Assembly: GCA_965228855.1 (NCBI GenBank)
Contig: CBDDIJ010000005.1
Span: 96,001-160,000 of the forward strand
DNA length: 64,000 nt
Source of the DNA: Candidatus Obscuribacterales bacterium
Lineage (GTDB): Bacteria; Cyanobacteriota; Vampirovibrionia; Obscuribacterales; Obscuribacteraceae
Direction of reading: 5' to 3'
The position numbers and the translations under genes are program-made. Shown one piece after another: positions 40,590-53,341 of this stretch (position 1 is the first letter of the stretch; every line of letters begins with the position of its first letter). The notes beneath the pieces were generated by a model. It did not search any database. It saw only the letters and a list, made by a program, of their open reading frames with translations, and was not told where the DNA came from.

Positions 40590-43500
40590 TTACGACGGTA
40601 CGTTGAACGAACCTTCGCCAATCGGCGGGTAGATGTCTTGCTCTTCCTCTTCTTCTTCGACCGGAGCGGCATGACCCTGGAAGCCGGTTCCAGCAGGAAT
40701 GAGACGTCCGATGATGACGTTCTCTTTCAAACCGCGGAGCCAGTCTTTCTTTCCTTCGACTGCAGCTTCGGTCAAGATTCTTGTGGTTTCTTGGAAAGAT
40801 GCTGCCGAGATGAAGGACTCGGTGTTCAACGAAGCCTTTGTGATACCGAGGAGCACGTCGGTGTAGGTTGCTGGAACCAAACCGGCTTGCATAGCGCGCT
40901 CGTTTTCCATTTCGATGGCGAAACGTTCCATGAGCTCGCCCGGAAGCAAGATGGTATCCTTCGGATCGTCGACACGAACCTTACGGGTCATCTGTCTTAC
41001 GATTACTTCGATGTGTTTGTCGGCGATTTCTACACCTTGTGAGCGGTAGACAGACTGAACTTCGTCGACGAGGAATTTCTGCGCTGCTTCGATTCCAAGG
41101 AGTCTGACGATATCGTGCGGGTTCGGAGGACCGTCGGTGATTGCTCTGCCAACGGTAATCGGTTCACCGTCTTCCGGAAGAATGTTCATACCCGGCGGAA
41201 TCGGAACTTCTTCCTCTGCGCCATCGCTGTACACCATGTAGAAGCGGTGTTGATCGTCTTCGCTGACAATCTTCGCGCGTCCTTCTTTCTCCGAGAGGAT
41301 TGCAGATTCTTTCGGCTTACGAGCTTCAAGAAGTTCTTCAACCCGCGGAAGACCCTGAACGATGTCTCCGGTTTTCTGACGTTCGAAGATGAGGGTGGCA
41401 AGCAGGTCGCCCCGTTGCACCAGCGCTCCGTCTTCGCACTGCAGTTGCGTGTTAGCCGAGATCAGATATGGTCTGCCACGACGAACAATGATTTCGTCCT
41501 TCTCGACTCCGACAACTTGACCGGACTGTGTACCGATTGTCGATTTAGAGATTGCGTCATCGTTGCGGATGAGGTCGTTCTCTTTAACAGTCGCTGCGCC
41601 CTTCAGCTTCTGGTGAATTTGTTGTTCTTCAGTGATGAGGAGCAAACGTCTTTCGTCTGTCTTCGAGAGTTGAACTTTCGCGTCACTGCGGGTCAATACT
41701 TGAGTGGTTGCGACAGGCGTCTTAGGATCGACTATCTGACCGTTCTCAACATCGAGGAGAGTAACGTTGAAGTCTTGCTCACGGCGGAGCATGATGTTTT
41801 CTTGAACGACGATGTGGAATTCTTCGTCGATCTCAACGATACCTTTGAGTTCTTGCAAGTAGCCTTGCATCTGGAGAACCAATGAGGTTCTCGTGAGTTG
41901 AGCGCCCTGGATTTGTCTGACCTTTTCTCTGTCGCGGAACAAGAGTTGGGTTACTGATCTCAAGCCGATCTTCTCGTCGGTTTGGCTGTGCTTGAACTTG
42001 GTTGCCGGAGGCTCGATCCAGTATTCTTCGACCGGACGGACCACGCAAAGAATGGTGCCGTCATCCTTATCGAAAAGGCTGACCATCTTACGTTCTTTGT
42101 GCGTATAGCCATCGACGATCTCGGTGCCTGGCTCGATGAGCTGACCTTCCGGAACTTTGAGTTCAGACGGATCTGCGATCGGCAGCAATTCGCCGGGTCT
42201 GATGATGACTTCGTGGATGATGTCGTTGTCCGCGACGATTTGTACAACACCGTCGAGGTGAGCGAAAACGTCTTTGACGACTTCTTGTCCAGCGGTTACG
42301 AGATCGCCGGTTTCCGCCATCTTCAAACTGATGTCTTTCGAGATGAAGTGGATTTCTTCGGGGATGAAGAGCACCTTACCAGCTTTGACGACTACGCGGC
42401 GGTCGTCGATTTCGACACCATCATAAAGAATCTCACCACCGGTGGTGACTGAGTTGGTGCCGTCTTCGATAAGTTCGGCGACGATCTTACCGTTTTCAAC
42501 AATCTCGTCTTTGACGACTTTGATTGCCCAGGTTTCCTTCGTTTTCGGAACTTTCCAGTAAGAACCTTTCTGACCGGCATCGAGCTTGGCGTTGGCGGAG
42601 CCGACCGAAGCGATGACAACGTTGATTTCCTTACCTTTAACGAGTCTCGTGACTGTTTTTCTGCCGCGTTTGACTTGTTCGGTTTCGATTTCAGGACCGA
42701 AACGCACTTCGCCACCATGCTCGGTGAGGATTTGGATTTCAGCAAGAACATCGAGTGCTTTCACTTCTTGTCCGTCTTTGACGACGACTTCGGAACCGGA
42801 AGGCAGGTTGTACACGTCACCTTCAAGGACCCAGATGATACCGGCACGGTTGGCGGTACGGCTGATGTTTCCTTGACGGTCGCGTTTTTCGTCAGCCTGG
42901 AAGCCTGCGAAAACGATACGACCTGAGATGTCCGCGGTAATATCCTTTGAAGCTCTTTCGGTCAGAGCCTTCTTGGAACCCGGCGGATCGTATTCGGCCA
43001 GGGTTTGACCGGCCTCGACTTCATCGCCGTTTTGAACCTGGAGAAGAGAACCGGTCAATACGTTGACTGATTTCTCTTTCTTACCGTCGTTAATCTTCAT
43101 CACACCATCTCTGGTGGTCTGTTCTTTCACATCACCGTAGGCGGTGCGGATCTGACGAGTTTGAATCTTGAACGAAACAGTTCCTCGGCCCGGTGACTTG
43201 AGCTGAGCACGGGATTTACCACCCGCCACAGCACCACCAGTGTGGAATGTACGCATTGTGAGCTGTGTTCCGGGCTCACCGATTGACTGCGCGGCGATGA
43301 TACCGATTGCTTCACCGGCGTCGACAACGCGGTTGTTGGTGAGCGACCAGCCGTAGCACTTCTGGCAAACGCCGTACTGTGCTTCGCAAGTCAGAGGTGA
43401 ACGAACTTTGACGGCTTTCGGTTTCTTCAACTTCTGGTCGAGGTCGAGAGATGCCATTCGATTGATGATTGTGTCTCTGCGATAAAGCACCTCACCAGTC

Positions 43501-44279
43501 TCCGGATCGACGATGTCTTCAGCGATTGTTCTGCCGAATGTACGTTCCGAGATTTTGACCAGGGCTTTATCCCCTTCAAGAATCTCTTGCATCAAGATGC
43601 CACGCTCGGTTCTGCAATCGGGCTCGCGAACGATAACGTCCTGCGCTACGTCGACGAGACGGCGGGTCAGGTATCCGGAGTCAGCTGTTTTCAGAGCTGT
43701 ATCTACAAGTCCTTTACGTGCACCGTAACTGGAGATGATGTATTCGGTTACGTTCAATCCTTCGCGGAAGTTTGCCTTAATCGGCAAGTCGATAATCTGA
43801 CCTTGAGAGTCAGCCATCAATCCCCGCATACCGACTAGCTGACGGACCTGGGAGATGTTACCTCTAGCGCCGGAGAACGCCATCATGTATACGGGGTTGA
43901 GTCTGTCGAAGTTGTCGACGACTTCCTTCGTCAATGCGTCCGTGGTTGCCGACCAGGTGTCGATAACTTTGTTGTAGCGTTCCACTTCCGTGATGTCGCC
44001 ACGTTCGTAACGGCGTTGCGCTTCTTCGATTTCTTTCTCGGCTGCCGCGATCAACTCACGTTTCTTCTCTGGAACGTCGAGATCGTCGATTGAAATTGTG
44101 ACACCGGCTCTGGTGGCAAATTTAAATCCGAGGTCTTTGAGAGAGTTGGCGAGGTTGGCTGTTTTAGCCGTGCCGTACTTCTCGTATACAGCCGACAAGA
44201 GAGCTCCAAGCTTTTTCTTATCAACCGTATCGTTGATGAATTCGAAGACTTCTTCCTTCTTAGATGTGTTGTAGACCAT
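40590..44279 (-). CDS. rpoC2: RNA polymerase subunit beta'' (C-terminal half of split beta')
   Basis: SGARG, TALKTADSGYLTRRLVDV, GEPGTQLTMRTFHTGG, ~620-aa SI3 insertion, SFISAASFQET, KENVIIGRLIPAGTG. Confidence 0.98.
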   Translation of the reverse strand: MVYNTSKKEEVFEFINDTVDKKKLGALLSAVYEKYGTAKTANLANSLKDLGFKFATRAGVTISIDDLDVPEKKRELIAAAEKEIEEAQRRYERGDITEVERYNKVIDTWSATTDALTKEVVDNFDRLNPVYMMAFSGARGNISQVRQLVGMRGLMADSQGQIIDLPIKANFREGLNVTEYIISSYGARKGLVDTALKTADSGYLTRRLVDVAQDVIVREPDCRTERGILMQEILEGDKALVKISERTFGRTIAEDIVDPETGEVLYRRDTIINRMASLDLDQKLKKPKAVKVRSPLTCEAQYGVCQKCYGWSLTNNRVVDAGEAIGIIAAQSIGEPGTQLTMRTFHTGGAVAGGKSRAQLKSPGRGTVSFKIQTRQIRTAYGDVKEQTTRDGVMKINDGKKEKSVNVLTGSLLQVQNGDEVEAGQTLAEYDPPGSKKALTERASKDITADISGRIVFAGFQADEKRDRQGNISRTANRAGIIWVLEGDVYNLPSGSEVVVKDGQEVKALDVLAEIQILTEHGGEVRFGPEIETEQVKRGRKTVTRLVKGKEINVVIASVGSANAKLDAGQKGSYWKVPKTKETWAIKVVKDEIVENGKIVAELIEDGTNSVTTGGEILYDGVEIDDRRVVVKAGKVLFIPEEIHFISKDISLKMAETGDLVTAGQEVVKDVFAHLDGVVQIVADNDIIHEVIIRPGELLPIADPSELKVPEGQLIEPGTEIVDGYTHKERKMVSLFDKDDGTILCVVRPVEEYWIEPPATKFKHSQTDEKIGLRSVTQLLFRDREKVRQIQGAQLTRTSLVLQMQGYLQELKGIVEIDEEFHIVVQENIMLRREQDFNVTLLDVENGQIVDPKTPVATTQVLTRSDAKVQLSKTDERRLLLITEEQQIHQKLKGAATVKENDLIRNDDAISKSTIGTQSGQVVGVEKDEIIVRRGRPYLISANTQLQCEDGALVQRGDLLATLIFERQKTGDIVQGLPRVEELLEARKPKESAILSEKEGRAKIVSEDDQHRFYMVYSDGAEEEVPIPPGMNILPEDGEPITVGRAITDGPPNPHDIVRLLGIEAAQKFLVDEVQSVYRSQGVEIADKHIEVIVRQMTRKVRVDDPKDTILLPGELMERFAIEMENERAMQAGLVPATYTDVLLGITKASLNTESFISAASFQETTRILTEAAVEGKKDWLRGLKENVIIGRLIPAGTGFQGHAAPVEEEEEEQDIYPPIGEGSFNVPS

Positions 44280-44383
44280 AGGTCCCTCGTCTTGGTTCTA
44301 AATGCAGTCGGCGAAACCGAACACTTAATTTGTTAACGCCAGTTATATTGGGAGTCCGGTTCTAAGCGGACTCCCGGAAAAAA

Positions 44384-46225
<1,842 letters not shown>

Positions 46226-46265
46226 CTCTCAATCTGTTCAAACTAATTTCGCACCGAGACAAAAA

Positions 46266-49200
46266 CTATTCTTCTTCGTCTTCCGACCAGTCTTCGTCTT
46301 CGTCGGTCTCAACAACCGCGGCAACACCGGCGTCTTCGTCTTCCGGGGCGTCACCCGATTCCCATTCTTCGTCCTCGTCGGATGCTTCTTCACCGGCTGC
46401 GCCGGTTGTTTCTTCATCTTCATCGGTACGGAATGAGGTGCGTTTTCTGGCGACGGTCTGAGTTTCTTCTTCTTCTTCATCGTCGTCGTCATCATAGACG
46501 TTCGCTTCATCAGCGCCGATGCCGTAAGAAACGGGCTTGCTACGTTTCGGCTCGGAGTAATCTCCGCCACCGCTGCTGAAGCCGATTAAGTCGGAATCAT
46601 CATCGGGACCGCCGGTCTGCACCAAACCTGATACCGCACTCTCAGCACCGGATATGACACCACTACTGCCGGACTTCAGTCCGGGCATCGGAGGAATCAT
46701 GCCGGAGCCGCCACCGGGAAGACCAGCGGATGCGAGACCTTCGGTTACGTTAGCGAGCGATGGATCGCGACCGCCGACTTGACCGAGTCCTGCCATTCCT
46801 GCCAGACCATCAAGTGCCATCGCACCGGACGGGACAGGAGATTCGCCGCCGATTTCGCCCATGCCGAGCTCGATTGGGGAGAGTCTTCTGAGACCGCGAG
46901 GACGTGCATCCTCTACTTCGGTCATCAAGTCGACTTCGATTTCGTGTCCGTCGCGAGTACGTTTTGCAACGCTCACGTCAAGACCGATCGATTGCAATTC
47001 GCGAACCAGGACCTTGAATGACTCAGGGATACCAGGACGCTTCAAGTTTTCACCTTTGACGATTGACTCGTATGCTTTCGAACGACCGTTTACGTCGTCG
47101 GACTTGATCGTCAACATCTCTTGCAGAGAGTAGGCGGCGCCGAAGGCTTCGAGTGCCCAGCACTCCATCTCTCCCAGACGCTGTCCGCCGAACTGCGCTT
47201 TACCACCGAGCGGTTGCTGGGTGACGAGCGAGTAAGGACCGGTTGAACGAGCGTGAATCTTGTCGTCGACAAGGTGCACGAGTTTCATCATATAGATCTT
47301 TCCGACGGTGACCGGACTATCGAAAGCGTTACCGGTTCTGCCATCGTAAAGGGTTACTTTGCCGTTGTCGGCGACCCAGGGAGCGTTAGCTTTGACTTTG
47401 CCCTTCGCGAGTTCTTCGTGAACGAGCACCGACGAGGCTTCCGGCTTCCACATTTCGTCGAACGGAGGAACTTCGTAGCGCTGACCGGTAAGCATTCCGG
47501 CAAAGCCCAACAAAGTTTCGAACGTTTGTCCGACGTTCATACGTGAAGGCACGCCCAGTGGGTTGAGAACGATGTCGACAGGTGTGCCGTCGGGCAGGTA
47601 AGGCATGTCTTCGACCGCGAGGATCTTAGCGACGATACCTTTGTTTCCGTGGCGTCCTGCAACTTTGTCTCCGACCGAGATCTTACGTTTCTGAGCGATG
47701 TATACACGCACGACCTTGTTAGCTACAGGCGGCAGTTCATCACCCTTTTCACGGTCGAATACTTTCACGTCTACAACGCGACCGCCTTCACCGTGTGGAA
47801 CGCGCAGTGAGTTGTCGCGCACGTCGCGAGCCTTCTCACCGAAGATTGCACGGAGCAATTTTTCTTCCGGCGGGTGTTCGGATTCACCTTTCGGTGTGAT
47901 CTTACCTACCAGGATGTCATCCGGATAAACCCGCGAACCGACGCGGACGATGCCGCTTTCGTCGAGGTGACGGAGCGATTCTTCCGATACGTTTGGAACT
48001 TCGCGCGTGATTTCTTCCGGACCAAGTTTCGTGGAGCGCGCGTCAATTTCCAGCTTCTCGATGTGGATCGAAGTCATGACTTCGTCGTACACGAGGCGCT
48101 GCGAAATCAAGATCGCATCCTCAAAGTTGTAGCCTTCCCATGGCATGAAGGCCACGAGCAGGTTTCTTCCTACAGCCAGCTCACCCTGTTTTGTCGCAGC
48201 ACCGTCAGCGATGATTTGACCAGGCTCAACATTGTCGCCGACATTGACGATCGGTTTCTGGTTGAGACAGGTGTCCTGGTTGGATCGTTGGAATTTGTTG
48301 AGTCTGTACTTGACGAGACGCTTGTCGCCAGTCCTTACATGGATGGCATTGGCGGTCACGTACTCGACCTTGCCTTCGATATCGGAGAGGATAACCATCC
48401 CGGAGTCTTTAGCGGCTTGCTTTTCGATACCGGTGGTCACCATCGCGCGTTCAGTTTGAACGAGCGGAACCGATTGACGTTGCATGTTCGATCCCATCAG
48501 GGCTCGGTTAGCATCATCGTGCTCGAGGAAGGGAATGAGAGCCGTTCCTACCGATACGATCTGAATCGGCGAGACGCCGACATAGTCCACCTCGTCAGGC
48601 GTAGTCTGAATAAACTCTGCCTTGTATCGAACGGGGATCAGTTCGGTTGCGAAACTGCCGTCGTCGTTAACCGAGACGTCACCTGGTGCTACGCGGAATC
48701 TGTCTTCCTCGTCAGCGGTCAGATAGTCCTTTTTCTCGGTAACGATGCCGTTTTCGACTTTCCAGTAAGGTGTCTCGATGAAGCCGTACGCGTTAACTCG
48801 GGCATGGGTAGCCAGAGAACCGATAAGACCTGCGTTCGGACCTTCAGGAGTTTCTACCGGGCAGATACGTCCGTAGTGACTGGGGTGAATATCGCGAACC
48901 GCGAATCCAGCACGTTCTCTCGACAAACCACCAGGTCCCAATGCTGACAGCCTGCGCTTGTGGGTTAGTTCAGCAAGCGGGTTGGTTTGGTCCATGAACT
49001 GCGACAACTGCGATGAACCGAAGAATTCACGGATGGCCGCGACCAGCGGTTTCGTATTCAAAAGGTTGGCAGGCGTCAGTGTGTCGGCGTCCTGGAGAGT
49101 CATACGCTCGCGAACGATTCGTTCTAAACGGGTGAGACCGATACGGAACTGGTTCTGGAGCAGTTCTCCGACAGAGCGGATACGACGGTTACCGAGGTGG

Positions 49201-50150
49201 TCGATGTCATCAGCTTGTCCTTCGTCGAAGTTCAAAGCGATGAGGTAGTCCACTGCGGCGACAATGTCTTCAGGTGTGAGCGTTCTATTGACTTCAGGAA
49301 CGTTCAAGCCGAGCTTCTTGTTGAGCTTGTAGCGTCCGACACGACCGAGGTCGTAGCGCTTGTCATCAAAGAAGCGGCTATCGAGGATACTTTGACCGCC
49401 GGCGACCGAAGGCGGATCACCGGGACGAAGTTTTCTATATACCTCTATAAGGGATTCTTCGCGAGTTTTGTTCGCGTCCTTTTCAAGAGTCTTCTTCAGG
49501 AAGTCGTGATGGCGGAAGATGGTTTCCATCTCCGAATCCGAGTATCCAAGCGCTCTGAGCAGAGTTGTCGCAGGAAGCTTCCGGTTTTTATCAATCTTGA
49601 CATAGATGATGTCGTTCGAGTCCGTCTCGAACTTCAGCCATGCGCCACGGTTCGGAATTAGCGTCGCCGAGAAGGTACGCTTACCGTTCGTGTCTACGTC
49701 ACGTTTGTAGTAGATCCCGGGTGAGCGGACAATCTGCGAAACGATAACGCGCTCGGCACCATTAATAATGAATGTACCGCGGTCGGTCATCATCGGGATG
49801 TCCCCGACGTAGATCTCCTGCTCTTTTATTTCTCCAATCTCGCGGTTGACGAGACGCATCTGGATACGCAGCTTCTTTGTGTAGCTGGCATCGAGAGCTC
49901 TCGCTTCTTCGGGAGTTTTGGGTTTGTTCGGTTCAGTGTGATCTTCGAACGAATAGTTCGTAAGAAAATGGAGCTCAAGTCTTCCTGTGTAGTCCTTAAT
50001 GGGACTGAAAGCCTTCAGCTCTTCTGCTAAACCTTCTTCAATAAACCAACGGAACGAAGCCTTCTGGATTTCGGCAAGGTCGGGCAATTCGGAAATGCGC
50101 GAACCACCGACTCCGAAGGTTCGGACGCGCTCAGACAACTCTAAAGCCAT
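46266..50150 (-). CDS. rpoB: RNA polymerase beta subunit with long C-terminal extension
   Basis: [46 protein letters not shown]. Confidence 0.98.
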   Translation of the reverse strand: MALELSERVRTFGVGGSRISELPDLAEIQKASFRWFIEEGLAEELKAFSPIKDYTGRLELHFLTNYSFEDHTEPNKPKTPEEARALDASYTKKLRIQMRLVNREIGEIKEQEIYVGDIPMMTDRGTFIINGAERVIVSQIVRSPGIYYKRDVDTNGKRTFSATLIPNRGAWLKFETDSNDIIYVKIDKNRKLPATTLLRALGYSDSEMETIFRHHDFLKKTLEKDANKTREESLIEVYRKLRPGDPPSVAGGQSILDSRFFDDKRYDLGRVGRYKLNKKLGLNVPEVNRTLTPEDIVAAVDYLIALNFDEGQADDIDHLGNRRIRSVGELLQNQFRIGLTRLERIVRERMTLQDADTLTPANLLNTKPLVAAIREFFGSSQLSQFMDQTNPLAELTHKRRLSALGPGGLSRERAGFAVRDIHPSHYGRICPVETPEGPNAGLIGSLATHARVNAYGFIETPYWKVENGIVTEKKDYLTADEEDRFRVAPGDVSVNDDGSFATELIPVRYKAEFIQTTPDEVDYVGVSPIQIVSVGTALIPFLEHDDANRALMGSNMQRQSVPLVQTERAMVTTGIEKQAAKDSGMVILSDIEGKVEYVTANAIHVRTGDKRLVKYRLNKFQRSNQDTCLNQKPIVNVGDNVEPGQIIADGAATKQGELAVGRNLLVAFMPWEGYNFEDAILISQRLVYDEVMTSIHIEKLEIDARSTKLGPEEITREVPNVSEESLRHLDESGIVRVGSRVYPDDILVGKITPKGESEHPPEEKLLRAIFGEKARDVRDNSLRVPHGEGGRVVDVKVFDREKGDELPPVANKVVRVYIAQKRKISVGDKVAGRHGNKGIVAKILAVEDMPYLPDGTPVDIVLNPLGVPSRMNVGQTFETLLGFAGMLTGQRYEVPPFDEMWKPEASSVLVHEELAKGKVKANAPWVADNGKVTLYDGRTGNAFDSPVTVGKIYMMKLVHLVDDKIHARSTGPYSLVTQQPLGGKAQFGGQRLGEMECWALEAFGAAYSLQEMLTIKSDDVNGRSKAYESIVKGENLKRPGIPESFKVLVRELQSIGLDVSVAKRTRDGHEIEVDLMTEVEDARPRGLRRLSPIELGMGEIGGESPVPSGAMALDGLAGMAGLGQVGGRDPSLANVTEGLASAGLPGGGSGMIPPMPGLKSGSSGVISGAESAVSGLVQTGGPDDDSDLIGFSSGGGDYSEPKRSKPVSYGIGADEANVYDDDDDEEEEETQTVARKRTSFRTDEDEETTGAAGEEASDEDEEWESGDAPEDEDAGVAAVVETDEDEDWSEDEEE

Positions 50151-50550
50151 CGGTTACCTCTGGTATTCTGGCTGGACAAAATCGACAATGCAATTGCAAA
50201 TGCCTAAAATGGGCACGGAGGAGCAACTATAAGTAGAGATTATTGTATTGTCAATGAAATTGTTGGGAAACATAAAGCTCCGTGAGGCGCTTCGCGACTT
50301 CGTTAAAATACGCTTATTCGCCAAAACGCAGTCCCATGAACTTCTAATCAAATTCATAACTCGATCTCATTTTTGCCATAACGTTGCTGATAACGCCACA
50401 TCTCGTTAAAGTTTCTTAAGTATCAATGCCATTTTCGGCGAGTGTGCTGACTGTCGAAGAGCCTCTACTCTGTGATAATAGATATCGGCTGGAACCGAAA
50501 CCGTTGGAAGCCGATCGCGCAAACGGTTTACAGGCAAGGCTTTAGAGTAT

Positions 50551-50649
50551 GGGGATGGAGCGCCGCTGGTGTGGCGTACGGTCTTCAAAACCGTTGTGGG
50601 GTAGAAAAACGCTATCCTGGGTGGGTTCGATTCCCACGCGTCCCCGCCA
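50551..50649 (+). tRNA. selC: tRNA-Sec (anticodon UCA)
   Basis: 99 nt; 8-nt acceptor arms GGGGATGG/GCGTCCCC + G-CCA, 6-bp D stem CGCCGC/GTGGCG with TGGT loop, anticodon loop CTTCAAA (TCA 50585-50587), long variable arm, T arm GTGGG-TTCGATT-CCCAC. Confidence 0.92.
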
Positions 50650-51085
50650 ACTTATTACAACTTAACTGAAAAAAACTCGCTCAAGCTTTGCGGTTCTTAA
50701 CGAAGAGGCTGTCGAAGAAACGCTTGGCGTCTACCGAATGCAAAGTGAAAGGAACCCGGGTTGTCTGCGAACGTCATCAGAGTTCTGCAAACGTGACATC
50801 AATCTTTGGGGGTTCAGCTTATCGGTTCGGGCTAAAGGTGCGGGCAAAAGGGACCCTATTCGATCACTTTTCTCTTTGCAACCGCAAAAAATCTCACCAT
50901 TCCGACAAATTTTTTTGCATAATCATAAGTGAAAACCGGCATGGGACGATGCGATCCAATCTGGCTCGCTGACTGCGTTTGGATCGATGTCACTGCCGGT
51001 GATATCATATAAAATCGATCCTTGACATCCCGAAATCAAGAGTCCAGGGGGCTTTACAATCTTTGGTAAGTTCTCATAATAATGT

Positions 51086-52192
51086 GTGTGTGGAATGCGA
51101 GATTCTCAGTTACTAGAAAGTCGGTCAAATGTGAATGGGCAACAAGGGGCACTTACCTGGTTAGATCAGTTTGCAGGTTACTTGGAGGTAGAGCGAAATT
51201 ATTCGTCGCACACGATTCGTGCGTACCTCAATGACCTCAGACAGCTAATCGATAGTACGAGCGGGCCGCTCGAATCCGGCACAGCCGGTCATCAAGCGGC
51301 GCCATCGCACGGCGAAATCGCCTTTCGTCCAAGCGATGCCTTTACTCAGCCCGGCCAGCCGCTGCAAACGCTTCCAACATCGTCGCAACCAGCGCAAAGC
51401 GATGATGCTGATTCTGATTCTGATTCAAAGAGCGCATCCTGGCTCGAAGCGGAAGGGCTCAAAACCTATATCCGCCAGATTCAGGAACAGTACAGCCGTC
51501 CCACAGTCGCTCGGAAGATATCTGCGATTCGCAGTTTCTACAAGTACCTGCGGCGCGAGCAACTAATCGACGAAGATCCGTCAAAATTGGTGCGCGGTCC
51601 CAAACTGACACGGAAGCTCCCGTCCTGCTTGGACAGAGACGAAGTGGTACGTTTGCTCCTCGCCCCTGACATGTCGGTTCTCGGCGTTCGCGACAGAGCA
51701 CTCATGGAGGTACTCTACGCGACAGGCATGCGAGTTTCCGAACTCTGCAGCTTGAAAGTTCAAGACTACAACCAGGAAGCCATGGAAATGCGCGTAACTG
51801 GTAAAGGCAGCAAAGAGCGTGTCGTACTTCTCAACCAGAGCGCTAACGCCTGGCTGAGGAAATACCTCAATGAGTACTGGCCGAAATTGGCTGGTGGACG
51901 CGTTCCGGCACCGGAAAGCCCGCTTTTCGTGAGCCGTCAAGCCACGCGTCTCTCGTCGCGTTCGGTGCACAGAGTTGTGCTCAAATACGCGAAGAAAGCC
52001 AAGATCGAGAAGCAAATCACCCCGCACACGTTGCGGCATACATTTGCAACTCACCTTCTCGAAGGTGGAGCCGACCTGAGAGTGGTCCAAGATCTTCTTG
52101 GTCACACCACGATCAACACGACTCAGATCTATACGCACGTAAGCCTCGATCGGTTGCGAAGAGTTTACTCCAACACCCACCCTCGAGCTTAG
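51086..52192 (+). CDS. xerC: Tyrosine recombinase XerC/XerD
   Basis: YSSHTIRAYLNDL, RDRALMEVLYATGMRVSEL, GKGSKER, PHTLRHTFATHLLEGGADLRVVQDLLGH, TTQIYTHV; real start may be GTG 51131; XerC vs XerD not certain. Confidence 0.85.
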   Translation: MCGMRDSQLLESRSNVNGQQGALTWLDQFAGYLEVERNYSSHTIRAYLNDLRQLIDSTSGPLESGTAGHQAAPSHGEIAFRPSDAFTQPGQPLQTLPTSSQPAQSDDADSDSDSKSASWLEAEGLKTYIRQIQEQYSRPTVARKISAIRSFYKYLRREQLIDEDPSKLVRGPKLTRKLPSCLDRDEVVRLLLAPDMSVLGVRDRALMEVLYATGMRVSELCSLKVQDYNQEAMEMRVTGKGSKERVVLLNQSANAWLRKYLNEYWPKLAGGRVPAPESPLFVSRQATRLSSRSVHRVVLKYAKKAKIEKQITPHTLRHTFATHLLEGGADLRVVQDLLGHTTINTTQIYTHVSLDRLRRVYSNTHPRA

Positions 52193-52216
52193 TTGCCTTG
52201 AGTTGAAACGAATTAC

Positions 52217-52254
52217 AACGCGCCGCGTTCGCCACGAACCGGCGCGTTTCGTTT
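52217..52254 (+). terminator. Intrinsic terminator after xerC
   Basis: AACGCGCCG...CGGCGCGTT stem followed by TCGTTT. Confidence 0.65.
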
Positions 52255-52329
52255 GCTAGAATTAGGAGACACTGCGCCTTCAACCTGAAGTTGCACGCGG
52301 TGCTATCAACGATCGAGAAAGTGATTGGC

Positions 52330-53088
52330 ATGGAGTGGTCTGACTACAAAGCGAAAGTCAAAGAAGCTCTAGAGAAAAGCAAGTTCGATGTTGCCGAAAC
52401 GACCTTACTCCAGGCATTGCAGTGGGTAAAGGATACGGGAGGTTCAAGCGAACGACTGTGTCTCTGCCTGGATCAACTTGCCTGGATTTACGTCAACATC
52501 AAAGACCTGGATCGGGCAGCGGCTTGCTACAAAGAGTCGCTGGAAGTGAAAACATCCATCCTCGGTGAACAAAACCCAATCGTCGCCCGCGCTTGTAAGA
52601 AGCTCGCCACCGTCGTCTACATGCAGAAGCGCTACGACCTTGCCGAAAAGTATTCGAAGGATGCGCTCAATATTTTTAAAACCACTTTAGGCGTGGACAA
52701 CGAGGAAACCCAGCAAACGCTGGAAGATCTGGTTTCACTGCTGCGCAAAATGAATCGCAACTACGAAGCCAATATTTTGCACAAAATGGGGAAAACAGCT
52801 TCGCCTGGCTCTACTGAGCAGCCTAAGGTTGAAGATGTTCAGCACGGTTATTCGACGTCGCAGACATTTTTGCGCATCAGAGTCTGCTCGAACTGCAGCC
52901 TTCCATATGATGGCGATTTCTGCATGCGCTGCACCGAAGGGCGCATTCTGGCAGAACAAGCTCGCAAAAACCGGACGCCGGATCCGGAAGAGAGTGAGCA
53001 GCACAATACGGAATCACAAAAACAAACCGGTCAGCAGCTGCCTCAGCAAAGTTCAGACACTAAGCTCGAAGACGCTCAGCAACAGTAA
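52330..53088 (+). CDS. TPR (kinesin-light-chain-like) protein with C-terminal Zn ribbon
   Basis: TPR_12-like repeats (LGEQNPIVA...LATVVY); CSNC...CMRC. Confidence 0.75.
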   Translation: MEWSDYKAKVKEALEKSKFDVAETTLLQALQWVKDTGGSSERLCLCLDQLAWIYVNIKDLDRAAACYKESLEVKTSILGEQNPIVARACKKLATVVYMQKRYDLAEKYSKDALNIFKTTLGVDNEETQQTLEDLVSLLRKMNRNYEANILHKMGKTASPGSTEQPKVEDVQHGYSTSQTFLRIRVCSNCSLPYDGDFCMRCTEGRILAEQARKNRTPDPEESEQHNTESQKQTGQQLPQQSSDTKLEDAQQQ

Positions 53089-53341
53089 GTTAACAGTCAG
53101 ACACCGGAGCCGATACCGCCTGTGGTACCAGCCTCAGTCGTAACAGCCTGCAGCCCGACTCCACACGACACCATTTCATCACTGACGGAAAGTTCCCTTT
53201 TGCATCTATGCGTATCAGAGGTGGAAAGACCAGGTTGTGTCATTGTAAGAGTTTGGCTGCGTGGTACCCGTCTGCGGTTCCGAACCGCGGTACTGGGATA
53301 TAATGACGATCGTTAAACTACCGGTTAGCTAGAGAAACACA

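Noticed and set aside
41371..43232. Intein in rpoC2
   Set aside because: Position in the trigger loop and lack of C/S...HN splice motifs fit the known SI3 lineage insertion
50551..52192. Genomic island integrated at selC with the tyrosine recombinase as integrase
   Set aside because: The recombinase has housekeeping XerC/D motifs, downstream genes are core (PBP1A, nupC, cstA), and no duplicated tRNA 3' end was found apart from an 11-bp chance match near 10601
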